DNA of 64,000 nucleotides from Nitrospirales bacterium (GCA_965203295.1 CBDBCZ010000018.1:800001-864000), one strand, 5' to 3'; positions 1 to 13,273 are shown, counted from the stretch's first letter. Notes: generated by a model from the sequence alone, not told the origin. Numbers and translations: made by a program.

Positions 1-1427
1 CTAGGTGTGGCGTAAATATTTACAATTACAATTAGTGTATTAAATTGGTAAAATTGCTGTTCACAATTTTCCGGAGCTACCAAAAGCAGATTTAATAGAA
101 AAGATGGGACAGTATAATGTATCCACAGATACATTATACACTACATACCTCCGCTCTCAAGGTCCACGACTTCGGTTACACAAAAAAGTCGCAGTGCCGG
201 ACGTCTAAAGTCACGTGATCAGCAAGCGTCTCTATCCGCTTCGAAAGGCGGCGGGAAATTCCCAACATTATTTTTATGCACAAAAGGGCATACAAGAGTG
301 TAGGCTCACTGCCTTCATTCGTTGTCTCAGAATTGCAACTGTTCTCGCCCACACTCATAATTGCAGGTCTAGATTATGCTAGGACTAGCCGTGGTTAATT
401 ATTTGTGTGCACTTAACATACTTGAAAAGGTTTATTAAGTGTACCGTTATGCGGAGATTAGGCTATACATTTGGCGTTTGGTTGACAAAATTGTACAAGT
501 GATAGCAAGTACAACTTGACCGCCTGAATATCTATTTCAAGCCCCATTTTCCGTAATAAGAAACGTAACCTATCATGTGAAAGAGAATACACTCTGTTTA
601 GGGAGCTATAGTTCTGGAGAACTAGCCAATTCAATCTCAAACACTGATTTCGTTTGTGTGAAATGTTTATAGCAGTTGATATACGGCATTAATTTAATTG
701 CATGCATAACACATAGCACATAGAATTGTAATTGTCATTGCATGACAGATCATGATAGCGATGGTATAATTATAAAGTGGAGTTTGGCTCCCAAATCGTA
801 AACTAAGGATGTAGTGTCATGGAGGATATAATATTTGTTTGACAACACAATAATACATGTTAGCTACCAGAAATAGACTGAATCCAACTTTAGTCACATT
901 TCATACTTCTTTGGCACTATACAGAATGTCACTATCACACCCATGCAGACATGCAGTATTGTAGTCAGTCAAGCCCGGAGTCATTATTCTAGCAAGCCAG
1001 GTCACTCCCTAGCACAGCAGCCAAACCATTTTGAAGAATAGTGACCTTAAATGGATAACTTGTACCTCCACTTTTTCAAACTGTCCTGACTTGATCTGAG
1101 GAGAAACTGTCAATAAGTTACAATTCTCCCTGTAGCTAATCTGTATAAAAAAGGATAAATATACAGAATTTATGATGCATGATTCAAGATTTCAAGCTTG
1201 ATTCAGCAATGCTTTGATGATGCGACATTGTGATTGCAGTGTGTGATATGTTTTTAATAAAATTAGCATTGAGAATTTACCAGAAAGCCACTGTATCTTT
1301 GTGCTAAAGCAAGATTACACCACTTACTTTATAAATTTAAAGGAGCGATACCTTTATCAAAGAAGGTTTTCTTTTCTATACGCTCCTTTTCACTATTGTT
1401 CCCTATGCAGGTTCCTCCCTGGTGGTT

Positions 1428-1779
1428 TCATTTGCACCTGGTTGTATTGTATTTCAACAAGGCCACTCTTTACTCCATAATGCACAGTAACATTTTCACT
1501 AGGGAATAGCTTGACCTGTACAAGACATTGGTAGACAATATAGTATTCCATTACCTCGGACCTTTAATTATTGTTAGCGAACAAGACCTAGTTTTTATTT
1601 GCACCTGGTTGTATTGTCTGGGGAGTGGACATTTCAACAAGGCCACTCTTTACTCCATAATGCGCAGTAACATTTTCACTAGGGAATAGCTTGACCTGTA
1701 CAAGAACTGGGTAGACAATACAGCATTCCATAACCTTGGACCTTTGGACCTTTAATTACTGGTCGAGAACAAGACCTAA
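1428..1779. repeat. Imperfect tandem duplication of about 170-185 bp
   Basis: atttcaacaaggccactctttactccataatg... begins at both 1451 and 1631. Confidence 0.9.
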
Positions 1780-2299
1780 TGCATGGCTACATTGTCGCCT
1801 AGGCTTAGGCTTGGGCAGATTATGCAAGGAATAACCGGCATGAGGCGGTGATCATTGAAGATAATGTGGGGAATAAAAGAGCAGTTTGAGGGAATAGCTT
1901 TCTTCAAAATATTTGTAGTATTCATTTTGTTTATGGCAGGGGTTATAATGGAAGAATGGCTTGTCTACAGCAGCAAAATAATTTTTGTAGCGGATCTGTA
2001 ATGAAGTCCAGCCTTACGTTAGCGATCTAATTACTGTAACCCTTACATACCGTAACCATTACCAAGAATGTGAATATATGTTCTTTTAATTAGAATTAGT
2101 TGATGCACTGAAGTGCAAGCCTGGATAATGTTTGAGCCCCTCAATAGTAATAAATAATGTCCCAAGCCAGTAATAAGCAAAGAAAGTGCCATACATGAAG
2201 ATTATTTTTTTAGTGGGGGAAACAATGGGGTAATTTTGTAACTTTTTGAGCATAATTCACCAAAGTATGGGGTTTTGTTTTGTTTCTTTGGGCATTAAA

Positions 2300-2520
2300 G
2301 TGGCCTATACCGGTGAAAGGGTTGTGTCAATGTAAAAAAGGAGACACTGTGACTGCATTAAGTGTAACGGTTCAGAAGGGTTTGCGCTAGTGCCTTCAGG
2401 ATGTCAAATGCTACAAAACCAGTCTGTGATGTCAGGATCAAGGGTTGCTGGGGTATGCCCCCTGTGTTCCTTGACTGGAATTCTAACCGGCATTAGTAGG
2501 CTGGAATCCAGCAGGAGCTG
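2300..2520 (-). pseudogene. Degraded copy of the secreted cationic/hairpin peptide family
   Basis: Minus strand reads LLLDSSLL(frameshift)AG*...PDITD(frameshift)VAFDILKALAQTLLNRYT*C. This aligns with LLVASLLIAGC...PDIS...AAFEVLGTLAQILLGCYS of the intact paralogs. The family promoter module lies just upstream (2605-2752). The 3' boundary is approximate. Confidence 0.75.
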
Positions 2521-3729
2521 TAAAATAAAAATTGCCTTGTCTTACTGATTTGTAAATTAAAAAAACCAACATATTTGATTAATGCTAGCGATTGTATTCT
2601 GCTCCATTTATGTACAAATACAAGTGCAAGGGTGTTCAATGCCGTTCACTGGCACACCTCTAATTCTGGCATAACAAAGTTCAACACTCTAGGCGTGACT
2701 GATGAGATCTAAACAGTAATGTTATGGGCAAGGCCATATCAATTACACTGTTCCATAATTGTTCAAACTATCTGGCTGTGACTTGTATGTATGAGAGTTT
2801 AATTAATTTTTGGCACAAATATTCTCAATATTAGTGCATTCTTTGGCTTCATTTTACACGTTAAAAATACTTGGTGTGGCTGAGGTAGACACATTATTAT
2901 GCAAGTTGCCAAATTAATGTCTCCTTATAGTGTCCTACATCATTTGCAGCTAGTATTAAATAACCTTTAAACTATGTACGCCTCCTTAATGATCTACCTA
3001 CGTAGCTACATATACTGGATACAAGGTATAATCACTTTATGCCACTGTAAATAACTTTTGCAAATGGGATCAATTGGAATTTGATGGGAGAAATTGATTT
3101 TTTAATGTTTTTGATCCATTGATTCGCCACTTAGACTTCGACCTGATCATCTCCTAAAAATTATCTAGATTGTTTGATTCCCTTTGGATCCCATTCACAA
3201 GCATTTCTACAAGCAACGCATAAAAATTATGGTTACGTGCTTGGCTGTATCGATCACATTTAGTCATCTGTATAACCACTTAGGCACTTAGCACCACCAT
3301 AACAAGAATCCAATGGCTGTCATTTTTAAAGGCTCTGTTATAGTGACACTAGTTCAAAATCAGCAAATTAATTACCCCTGTGTTAGTATCTCAGGGTAAT
3401 TCTATACCATAATTATACATGCTCGCACATTCGGGTAGTCATTGCTTAACTCCTTAGTATGGTTTGCATAGCTTTACTACATCTCTCCAAGATAACATCT
3501 TTATTGCACTAACTTTGGACAAGGAAATGAATGTGGTGTTATACATTGAAAGATACTGATCTGTTACAGAATCATATTTATGAGCATAATATTTTATAAC
3601 CTGATATAAAAATACTGCAATGCATACTGTCTGTAATCAAACTAGACCTAAAAAACAATAGTTACACTACTGTCAGCTCTAACTGTTGTATACTGTTCGC
3701 CCAGCGAAGGGGATGTTCAGGTAGTTCTT

Positions 3730-4029
3730 TCAGGGAGTAGCACTAGCGTTAACGACGCCATTAAGAAAACAGTTAACCACCAGAAAGTTCTGTAACGGTG
3801 AAATAGGGAAGGCGATGACTCCAGCATCAGAGTAACAGCCCAGGAGGATTTGGGCTAGGGTCCCCAGGACTTCAAACGCTGCAGACACTAGCTCTTCAAA
3901 GAAAGATGGCGAAGGTATGGTAATGCGTGAAGGCGACCTGGTGGTCCCGGTCGTGGATGATCGTCTAGCGTAGCAACCAGCAATCAGCAGGCTAGCCACC
4001 AGCAGGATAAGTACTGTTCCTCGCTTCAT
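3730..4029 (-). CDS. Secreted peptide precursor 1 (99 aa): signal peptide, R/S/T-rich tract, hydrophobic hairpin with the outer Cys pair only
   Basis: The likely start is MKRGTVLILLVASLLIAGCYA at 4029, matching the paralog N-termini. TATATAAA lies at 4111-4118. The ORF track extends to an upstream ATG that lies beyond this TATA. Confidence 0.85.
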   Translation of the reverse strand: MKRGTVLILLVASLLIAGCYARRSSTTGTTRSPSRITIPSPSFFEELVSAAFEVLGTLAQILLGCYSDAGVIAFPISPLQNFLVVNCFLNGVVNASATP

Positions 4030-4110
4030 CTTTAATGGTCTTGTATCAGCCTTCTGAATCAATGAATAACTTGGATATTTGGTTTTGTAGTAGCTAGTGC
4101 TTGTGCTCCC

Positions 4111-4200
4111 TTTATATACAAACGCTAGTGCATGGGTGTTTCCTGGCACACCCCCAATTCTGGCACAAGTAGTTGCCAGGGGTGTGGCCATACCAACCAG
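4111..4200 (-). promoter_or_regulatory. Conserved promoter module of the peptide family (TATA, GGGTGT-n-ACACCC, TAATTCTGGCA, GGCCATA)
   Basis: Related blocks lie upstream of gene 2 (7655-7775), gene 3 (9596-9662, 10211-10232), gene 4 (11882-12017) and the pseudogene (2605-2752). Confidence 0.65.
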
Positions 4201-6802
4201 CCAAATGCATGGGTGTTCTAATTGATTCTGGCAAGCTTTCATGTTTAGACATTGAACACAATCCAGCACGACCTCCATCTAGTTTGATATCTCTTTCACA
4301 CCCAAGTCTGGTATATAAATATGTCCTTTTTAGACCAATGTGTGGCTAGATCAAAGACACCCGTACAACTTGTCTACTGCAGTATAGAGGACTGCTCAAA
4401 ATATGACAGAAGAGTAGCTAAGGCAATAGTAACACTCACCACTTTTGTCATGGTTTACAGGATTCTGTATAAAAAGCGCTAAAAAGTTTTCTCGTTTGTC
4501 TTTAAGCGTATCCCCTAGGAATAGACATCTTTCGAAAGCTCTCCCGAAGTAGATTCAGAATATCTCGCCAACCCCGTTCAACCCCTGGGTCATTGCAGAG
4601 CTACGGTCGTTTAAATATCTAGCTATCGGCAAGGCGAGACTACATACTGGATTCTATCTAGTAACGGAAAGATGCTGCCCGTATAGGTCCGTTTCAGCCA
4701 TCTTACAGCAGTCTACAGGCTATTGCAGCTTTATAACGAGCTATGCTTACCTTCTCAGTGAGCTAATTGCATGCTGGAATGCAACGTGGAATGTAATAAA
4801 GTGCAGCAAAAGGCACGTGACCGCGCACGTTAATGAATGCGTGTCCAACCTCCTCTGGTGTATGTGCGTGTGTGGGAGAGAGTGGGGGGTTAAGGGTTGT
4901 GCAGTGGGGGACTGGGGGAGGGGACTGCCATAGACTGCTGGTCTAGGAAACATCAGCCCCCGACACTTTTACTTGAGTTCACGATCGGGGTGGTTCATCT
5001 CGGCCAAACCCATTCGAACCCGGTTTCATCAAACAAAGCTTTGGTTCTGCACAATATAGGGAGATTTGAGTCATGCACCCCCAAATTTTCGTTAAAGTTG
5101 CTAGCCTTCTGAGATTTGCTTCAAATTGAGACATTCTGAGAGATTTTAGAGTTCATATATTACATTTGGTATTACACAGCTAGTACATTGCAAGTCTCTG
5201 TTACCCTTAGCCCAGGGTAACTCCCTAAGAAAGTTATCCTGGAATTAAATGCTAGGTTACCCCTGCCAAAGATGCTCCAGCATAGTGTGTGATATAGTCA
5301 TAGTACTGTGTAAATTTACTGTACAAAATACATGAGGGTAGTTTTGCCAATGACCTTAATTTAAAATTTTCTCCCACTCATTATCCCCATACCAATTTTG
5401 GATTATTAACTTAGCATGTGTGCACACAATTTGTATACAGTATAGTGGCACAAAGCCAAGCATACATGTACATGCAGGTACTGTAACTGAATGTGACATT
5501 AACTCTTTTCCAGCCAACGACACGTTTATGTGCCCATAATTCAGATTCAACTATAATATTGCTTAAAAATCATTACTATAGTTAAGAGTTAGCTAAAATA
5601 TATGTAAGAATAGATTCTGCATACACACATATCTCATGCTTAGTATAAGTTAATTAACATTCTGCAGGTGAATGAGACATAAAGTCAGCAAAAACAATAT
5701 TGTGTAAGGTCACTATTGTTGTGATAAGTTTTTTCCTCCTTCTATAACTGTTGGGACTAATAGATCCACACCTATACTTTTTTGGCATGCATTCATGACT
5801 GAGTACTCCTATATATACATAGTATGCTCCCATCCAGCCAAAACTTAAGTTAAAATTTTTCTTCAAACAGGCTGTTTCAGTAGGGTTAATGTCACCCAAC
5901 ATTGCTCATAGCGTACTGTACATAAATCTCATAGCTAGTCACTGGAACAGTCATGTCCTCCCATCACATTTACCTTTTTAAGTCAGTGATTTTGAGTTAC
6001 ATATTTATTAGCTACCCTGATGCTATTTAGAGCAGGTTTGTTCATTAATACACTCTTATGTAGTCATTGCCGTCTACACGCTAGTGGTGTATCTACATAT
6101 TGGGCTATTCCACTATTTAAGCAAACCCTCCCTTAACTTTGCTTTTGCCGATTTCTTTCCTAGTCTGTAGTCTGTTTGTAGCGTTAATGGTGTTAATTAA
6201 CTCTTACTTCCTACACTTCTTTTGTAAGGATGGTGTGTATTAGAATGGCTTCACATAGCTATTTTGTTTAGTAAAAGGCTAATGGAGAAGAAAAGAAAAA
6301 ATGTGGTTATATAACTATAATAAAAATGGTTACTAAAACTCTTTTAATCTCAATTATTTTTTCCTACTAAAACACCTTGTTGTCTTTTCTTCAATAACAT
6401 TACTGTATGCAGATATCTAAAAGTCAACCAACCAGCCAATTATAGCTTTAAAATATTTTGGGAATACAAGTAGTTGTAATACAGAGATTGCTTGCCTACC
6501 CTGTAGTTTAACAGCTCTATATGTAAGCATGAGCACATCAGCTATGTGTTCCTGGTGTAAGAAATAAAACATCTAACGCACAGCTAGATAGTAGCATTGA
6601 GTATAATTTACAGGAAATACACGAGAGGCTTCATTTGATAGACCACGAGCATGAAGCTCTAACTGCCAATTAGAGTAGTTAGTGTATATGCTCTATTTCG
6701 TAGTTAGTATATGTTACTATAGTAACAAGTGTATGGAAACATTTTCATAGAGTATAGCATAAGAAGCTGAAGATGTACATATACTAAATGGCTCAGAGCA
6801 TG

Positions 6803-6863
6803 GGCAGCTCTATGTTCTAACTAGACCTCGGCTTCGCCTCGACCTAGTTAGAACATAGCTGCC
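6803..6863. repeat. Hairpin with a CTCGGCTTCGCCTCG tip
   Basis: Arms ggcagctctatgttctaactag and ctagttagaacatagctgcc. Confidence 0.75.
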
Positions 6864-7219
6864 TTTGACTTATAGACTACTATCGGTATCTTTGAACTGT
6901 CCACGCAATATAGTGCAACTAGTGTATTTGATCTTTGTGAAAGAAGTACTACTGAACCATTCTTCAGCAGCAGGGTTAGCAAAAGCCATATAAGCACAGA
7001 ACTTCTGCATTGCATTAGCCCCTTAAAAGATGAATGATTGTTGTGTTAATATCAATTCTTGATGAAGAAATGATGAATACAATCGTATTAACTTGGGAGC
7101 TGGCAGTGTCTTATTCTCAATCACAATTCATAGTCTACTGCAATCTAGCACAAAAAGTAGCTGCACTACATGACTCTGTTCAGGAAAGTACTACTATACA
7201 TCACTGCCCGGGGAGAGAG

Positions 7220-7546
7220 CTATATAGCGAGAGCCACAAGAATACAGTTCACTACACAGAATCTGTTTCCACTGGTAGGAGGAAACTTGGTTACTCTGCA
7301 TTGAGTCAAACAGTTTGCTATTGGCCCTAGGACTTCAAAATCTCCAGACCCCGTCTCTTCTGAGATATCCGGAGGAGGGGATGTTGGTTGTACTGGCGTA
7401 CGATTCCTGGTTCCTCGTGTACGCGTCCCTGTTCCTCGCGTATTCATCCCAGTTCCACGTGTACGCATCCTGCTTCTATGCCTGGCATGGCAATCAGCAA
7501 TTAGTAGGCTGGCAATGAATAGAAGAAACACAGTACCACGCAACAT
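7220..7546 (-). CDS. Secreted peptide precursor 2 (108 aa) with TRGT-containing heptad repeats and C-x3-C-x13-C-x3-C
   Basis: Signal peptide MLRGTVFLLFIASLLIADCHA, Arg-rich repeats, PPPDISEE spacer, then CLTQC...FCVVNC. Confidence 0.85.
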   Translation of the reverse strand: MLRGTVFLLFIASLLIADCHARHRSRMRTRGTGMNTRGTGTRTRGTRNRTPVQPTSPPPDISEETGSGDFEVLGPIANCLTQCRVTKFPPTSGNRFCVVNCILVALAI

Positions 7547-9177
7547 CTTCTTTAACAGTTTTCTGAATCACTTTGAAATATTGCTTGTACGGGTGTGTGC
7601 ACTAAACTCCGGTATGTGCAGTGCATATAAGGTTTATTTGATTACGCTTCAATTATTTATAAGTGCTAATGCATGGGTGTTTTCCAGCACACCCATAATT
7701 CTGGCATAAACTTTGCACTGAACCTATTATGACAATCAAACTAAGTACTAGTTGCTATTGGCATGGCCATGTCAACTTGATTGGACTGTCTGGCTGAGAC
7801 AATGGTGAATATGTCGGATTAGTATGATGTCATGAAACCTGCCAAATAAACATACTTCTTTCTATTAAAAAAATGCTTGGAAAGCCGCTTGGTTAGACAC
7901 AACCAAATAGGTTTCATAGTTTGTAGCTACACAGACACTCTATGCCATGGTAAGAATTTTTTGCTACACAACAATTTTCATGGACTAATGGTATAATTAT
8001 TAGTAAGTTCTTGTTACCACTAAAGAACTTGCTGAACAATGTTTCTGAACAAAGACCCAGATGTTATAATCAAGAAATAATGTGGTTCTAAAGCATTCTG
8101 ACACCTTTTTCTTTAAATATCAGATTTCCATGTATGTGTGTGAATGAATGGATGCTTCGATTCAAGTCAATAAAGAGAAATTATCGAAGAAAAAAGCTTC
8201 TTCCGGATGTAATTATGACACAGTGGTTACTCTTGCCCTACAAGTTACACTCCCAATACTTGATTGCAATCTTGCCATTAACCATAAGTTTAGATTGCCA
8301 CTTCCACTCAAAGTGATCACTTGCATGCCAAAATTGTGTTAAGACAATTATGGACTTACGTAGTGTGCATGCACATCATTTACATAGAGTGTAGTGCCGA
8401 TGAGCTTAATATGAGAATCACACCTACTGGTTTTATTATTTTAAAGGTTTGTTTAGATTAATTAACAGGGTTTAATGACTTCTAACATTAAATTTAGCAT
8501 ACTGTGGATGAATCTCCTAGTTAGTCACTTGAGCAGTAACTATTTAACCACTAATCCAGTTCTTTCTTATTTGTTAGTTCTTTGGGATCCCCCTGATAAT
8601 GTGTAGAACAACTTTGTCAGTAAATGCTTGATAGACAAAAATTCAGTGAATTTACCATATTATTGCATAAGCAAAATTAGCTAGGACAGTAAAATACTGT
8701 AATACTTCCTTCCTATCCTGCTAAGGCTTGGTGTGATAGACTATCAGTGCAAAGTGTGAGTGGTCTATTAAAGCATGTTTTAAGTGTGTTTCCTGTAAAC
8801 AACTGCTCATTAAATCAACATGTCTGGCTCATTCAACAAGCTTTTTGCCACAATTTGGGATGGAAATCAGCATTGTCTCAGTTTTACATAAATCGACACA
8901 ATAGTACAATAATTTCACATTACAATCATATTCTTATTTGCAAACACACTCTACATGTTTACTACATATCCAAAAATAAACTGCAATCAGCACAGTAGTA
9001 TAATGGTAGTGTACACTGAATCAGATAAAAGTATAAGTATAGTCATGATACAGAGTTTGTTAACCCAACTGGCAGTTTAGTAGTGATACAGGTAAGATGT
9101 AAGACAACATCTAAACATACACTACTGTCAGCTCTAACTAGTGTATTATATTGTTTGTGAAACTAGTACCATTAAGC

Positions 9178-9513
9178 TTATCCGAGGCCAGGGGTAACAA
9201 AAGTTGCGAGAGCACAGTTAATAACGCAGAACCTCTGCATAACAGTAGGAGGCGTCGGTGGGATGACTCCACATGGAGAGAAGCAGTCAAGAAGAGTTTC
9301 GGCAATTCTTCCCACAAGGCCGAAAGCGGCCATCACTATGCTGCCAGAGATATCCAGAGGGGGTTCAGTGCGGGTACCTGTTGCAGTTGTACGCGTCCCA
9401 GTTTCTGTGGAAGTACCCTGACTTGGTGTACGGGTCCTGGATCCTCGTCTAGCGTAGCAACCAGCAACAAGTAGGCTGGCAACCAACAGGATGAGTACAG
9501 ATCCTCTTGACAT
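9178..9513 (-). CDS. Secreted peptide precursor 3 (111 aa), C-x3-C-x14-C-x3-C
   Basis: Start MSRGSVLILLVASLLVAGCYA at 9513, TATATAAA at 9596-9603, core CFSPCGVIPPTPPTVMQRFCVINC. Confidence 0.85.
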   Translation of the reverse strand: MSRGSVLILLVASLLVAGCYARRGSRTRTPSQGTSTETGTRTTATGTRTEPPLDISGSIVMAAFGLVGRIAETLLDCFSPCGVIPPTPPTVMQRFCVINCALATFVTPGLG

Positions 9514-11504
9514 TTTCACTGCTTCTTTAACTGTCTTCCAAATCAGTATACAGCATTGATGTTTGGCTTGTACTGGTGTGTGCAGTTTATACTCCTTTAT
9601 ATACAAATGGCAGTGCACAGGTGTTTCATGTTTTATTGTCGTCGCACCCATAATTTTGGCGATAGAGACTACAGAGTACAATTGCAAGACAAAATACCCT
9701 GCTCTTCTCAGGCTTTTCGTGCAATATCAACCATAACATTATACAGCTATCATAATGTGCCTACAAGGCGCATTGGTTGACTAGCCCACCATCCAAACAA
9801 TGCAGTACATTCTATGTTATGGGCAGGGTCTCTTTATTGATGATAAATGGCACACCCCTGACCTTAGCAGCACAAAAGGTAGTGAATGTACGATATAAAA
9901 CAGTTACCGTTATGGGCAAGATCAAAATTAAATGTGCTATTTCTGTATGGTTAACGACACACCTTTAACATTAGCAACCCAGAATACTGCTTTTGTATAA
10001 ATACATGCCGTTAATCATATATAATTATATGATTAACGGTACACCCGTAACAATGGAGACACAAAAATAATATGCAGTTAATGTACACTCATTATAAAAT
10101 ATTAATCTTTATGGGCTGAGCAAGTTTCGGCACACCCCTGACATTGCATGGCAACACAAAATATGCAGTGAATGTACAAGTGTTAAAAATACAAAAACCT
10201 GCTATTTGCCTGGCCATATCACTTACACTGTTTAAGAGTAATTATTCCAAATATCTGGCCTTGCAGGACCGAATAGTACTATAATACATAATGTTCAAAT
10301 GCAAACCTTTGAAAGCGTTATGCCAACCTATACTTGAACACTATCTTTTGGGCTTGCACGGATCAATCCCTTCCTCTATGTAAAGTTATATCTGAGATGT
10401 GTACAGCATCACTATCGTACAAACAGTGGTATCTCCAATGGGAATAGCAGCCACGGGTCACCTTGCAATGAAGGCCAAAGTCAATTGTAGCTATGCTGAC
10501 TTCAAGGAACCAGTTAGCTAATTGCTATAACTACTGATGTAGTGGCTAGCATTATAGTAAAGTACTTATTTGTAGCAGCTTTCGGTTCAAAAGCTCCAAA
10601 AAGTGCAATGTCCATTACAGTCTACAATCAATGCCATTAAAGTTTTTAAGTATGGACATACCCTTCAATGTATCACATACGTATGCAAACTTCTTCCTAT
10701 CTGCTTCACCATTTTGTACTGTTTTGTTTTTTATTGAACCTTAAGATACACTCAGAATTTCACTACACAGTTAAAATAATGGACCACATCCACTACACTT
10801 AATCACTGGTCATTGGTAGAAGTACAAGGGTAATAATTGTCCTCATGCATGCAGGCCTACAGTAAATTGGTGTCTAGAAAGCATGAGAAAAGTAGCAGCT
10901 ACGTACCTGTAATCTCAGCAGTGCAAATTATTTTTATGGTCTACCAAATTTGTACTTTCAGGGGTAAAATTTCAAACTTAGTCTAGCTACACAGTAAGTG
11001 CGGATGCCCTGGCATATTAGATATTTGGCTGTGCCATAATTACTATAGTTAGATATACCATCGCTGTGTTACTGTTAGAATGAACGAACATGACCAGTGG
11101 CTGTCTCACCTTGTTAACTTTCATGCTTGCAGTTTTCCCTTGTACATACATGTAGTTCACTGCTTATTTTGTACTGCTCTATCAAAATCATTAGCCCCTT
11201 AGAAGAATAATTGATTAAATTTTAATAAAATTTATTTGTTGATGAAGAAATGATCAATACAACAATAGTACATCACTACAAATTTCATTGTTATTTTATC
11301 ACAATTCAGAGCATACATACATGCAGCGTCTATTATCGGAAGGTATAAAGTAAGAAAAGCTGGGCAGAAGAGCCTGGGAACAAGGCTAAAGTAACAATAC
11401 TATACTCTACTTACTGTCACTTAGAGCTATAGTGCATGAATACTGTTTGTATTCAGAGCTCCAGAATACACAGGAACAAACAGTACAGGAATCCTGAATC
11501 AATT

Positions 11505-11789
11505 TCAAGGAATGGTACCATCAGCGATAGCATTAAGAAGACATGTGAAAATACAGAACCGCTGCATAGCATTAGGAGGTGTCATTGCGGGGACTCCGCA
11601 TGGAATGGTAAAACAGCCCTGAATGGTTTCAGCAATCGGCTGCGCAATGCTGAAAAAGGCGTCTTCTATCTCATCAGAGATATCCGGACGGGGTGTTCCA
11701 GATTGCCTGCTTCCTGTGCTTCTTCTAGAATAGCAGCCAGCAATCAGCAGGCTGGCAACCACCAGGAGGAGTAGAGCTCCTTGCTTCAT
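11505..11789 (-). CDS. Secreted peptide precursor 4 (94 aa), C-x4-C-x14-C-x3-C
   Basis: Signal peptide MKQGALLLLVVASLLIAGCYS, PDISDEIED spacer, core CFTIPCGVPAMTPPNAMQRFCIFTC, TATATAAA at 11882-11889. Confidence 0.85.
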   Translation of the reverse strand: MKQGALLLLVVASLLIAGCYSRRSTGSRQSGTPRPDISDEIEDAFFSIAQPIAETIQGCFTIPCGVPAMTPPNAMQRFCIFTCLLNAIADGTIP

Positions 11790-13273
11790 TTCCAGTAGTT
11801 TTTCCCGCCGCCTTTTGATTCAATTTATGACTTTGATATTTGGTTTGTAATGATGCATGTGTGTGTGTGTGTTCTATTCTGTTTATATACAAAAGTCAGT
11901 GCATAGGTGTGCCATATCATTAATAGCACACCCTTTGTGTTGGTAATACCAAATGTACACAGAGACTGTATGACGGGTAAAAATACATTGCAATGGGCAA
12001 GGCCATATTAATTGTTTTGGCAAATAAACTGCCCAGTGCATGTATGACTGGTATAGTCGATGAGGCACCATGGTGGTACATCAATTAAACAAATTATCTT
12101 GATGCCAACATTTTGGTTTTAAAATGTTTTATAGATAACAGGCAATTAATCACAAATTAAGACAAATAATACATTGCACACACCTATACAAACTATCCTA
12201 TTTAATATGCCACCTCCCCAAAGTATATTCAGTACTTCTGCTTATGACAAGTATAGGTTGATTAATTTAGTGCATATGCATACAGTGCTAATAGCTACCA
12301 CAATTAAAACAAGTAATACAATGCACACAACCATGCAAACTATACCCCCTCCCCAAGGTAGGGAGTATATTAGGATAGTATACATGGGTGTGTGCAATTA
12401 GTATTATTTGTTTTAACTCGTGCATGGTTATGTATCAGTTACCAAATACATTTTTTGTAACTGGAAATTTGGCAACACATTTAATTTTTTAATTGATTTA
12501 GTCTCACCCATGATACACATCTGGCTACTGCCTCATTAATTTTACAAGTTTACCAGTTCTTTTTAGTTCCCTGCTTAAAAAAGTGCAGGTAATGTATTAC
12601 TATTTTAGTTATATCGAGTGAACCACACTCCTAATTACAATTTAAAGATTCCTAGTTGCAGAGAAAGGAGATAGTGAGCATAATTATAAAATACTACAAT
12701 CATGCATGTTTGATATAATACGAGTGTGCACGTTAATGTACGCGTGTCGACCTTATTATCACAATTCTGGTATCTGTAGATAGCTAACAAATTGTAGTTT
12801 ACTGTTCTGAGTTGGGCTGAAATGAAACATTCTTCATTTTTAAGTTCTTGGCAAAAATATAGCAAACTTTACATCAGGTGAGCCTTGAATGACAGTGGAA
12901 CCCTACTACTTCTCCATATGAGGCTGAAGCTGCAGTGCCAGTTTCAACTTCAGAGCTCCGGAATACACAGGAACAAAACACTTCAATTGGGGATTCAAAG
13001 CCTATCTAAGAGAGAAAGAGAGAGAGCGGGGACTAGTATACCAAACGCTGTTATACACCTCAATGACCTCATACAGAGGCGGGTGCATTTCGTGTTTTGT
13101 CACGTGCATTGAATTGATTAAGTCACATTCGGAACAGAATACAAATCAAACATAGTACGTAATAATTATTATACTCTTCACATCACATTTCAAGTGCACA
13201 AAAAATAACCAAACAAATCTTTATCGTAGATAAAAATTTTCATGTTGTCATTCTTACAGCAGCCGGCTCCGTC

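Noticed and set aside
4030..4278. N-terminal ORF extensions of peptide gene 1 (and of gene 3 at 9514-9687)
   Set aside because: They run through the TATA and promoter module, and the paralogs start at the downstream signal-peptide Met.
4430..5110. CpG-rich block upstream of gene 1
   Set aside because: It is probably a transposon fragment, but I could not define termini, a second copy or a coding signal.
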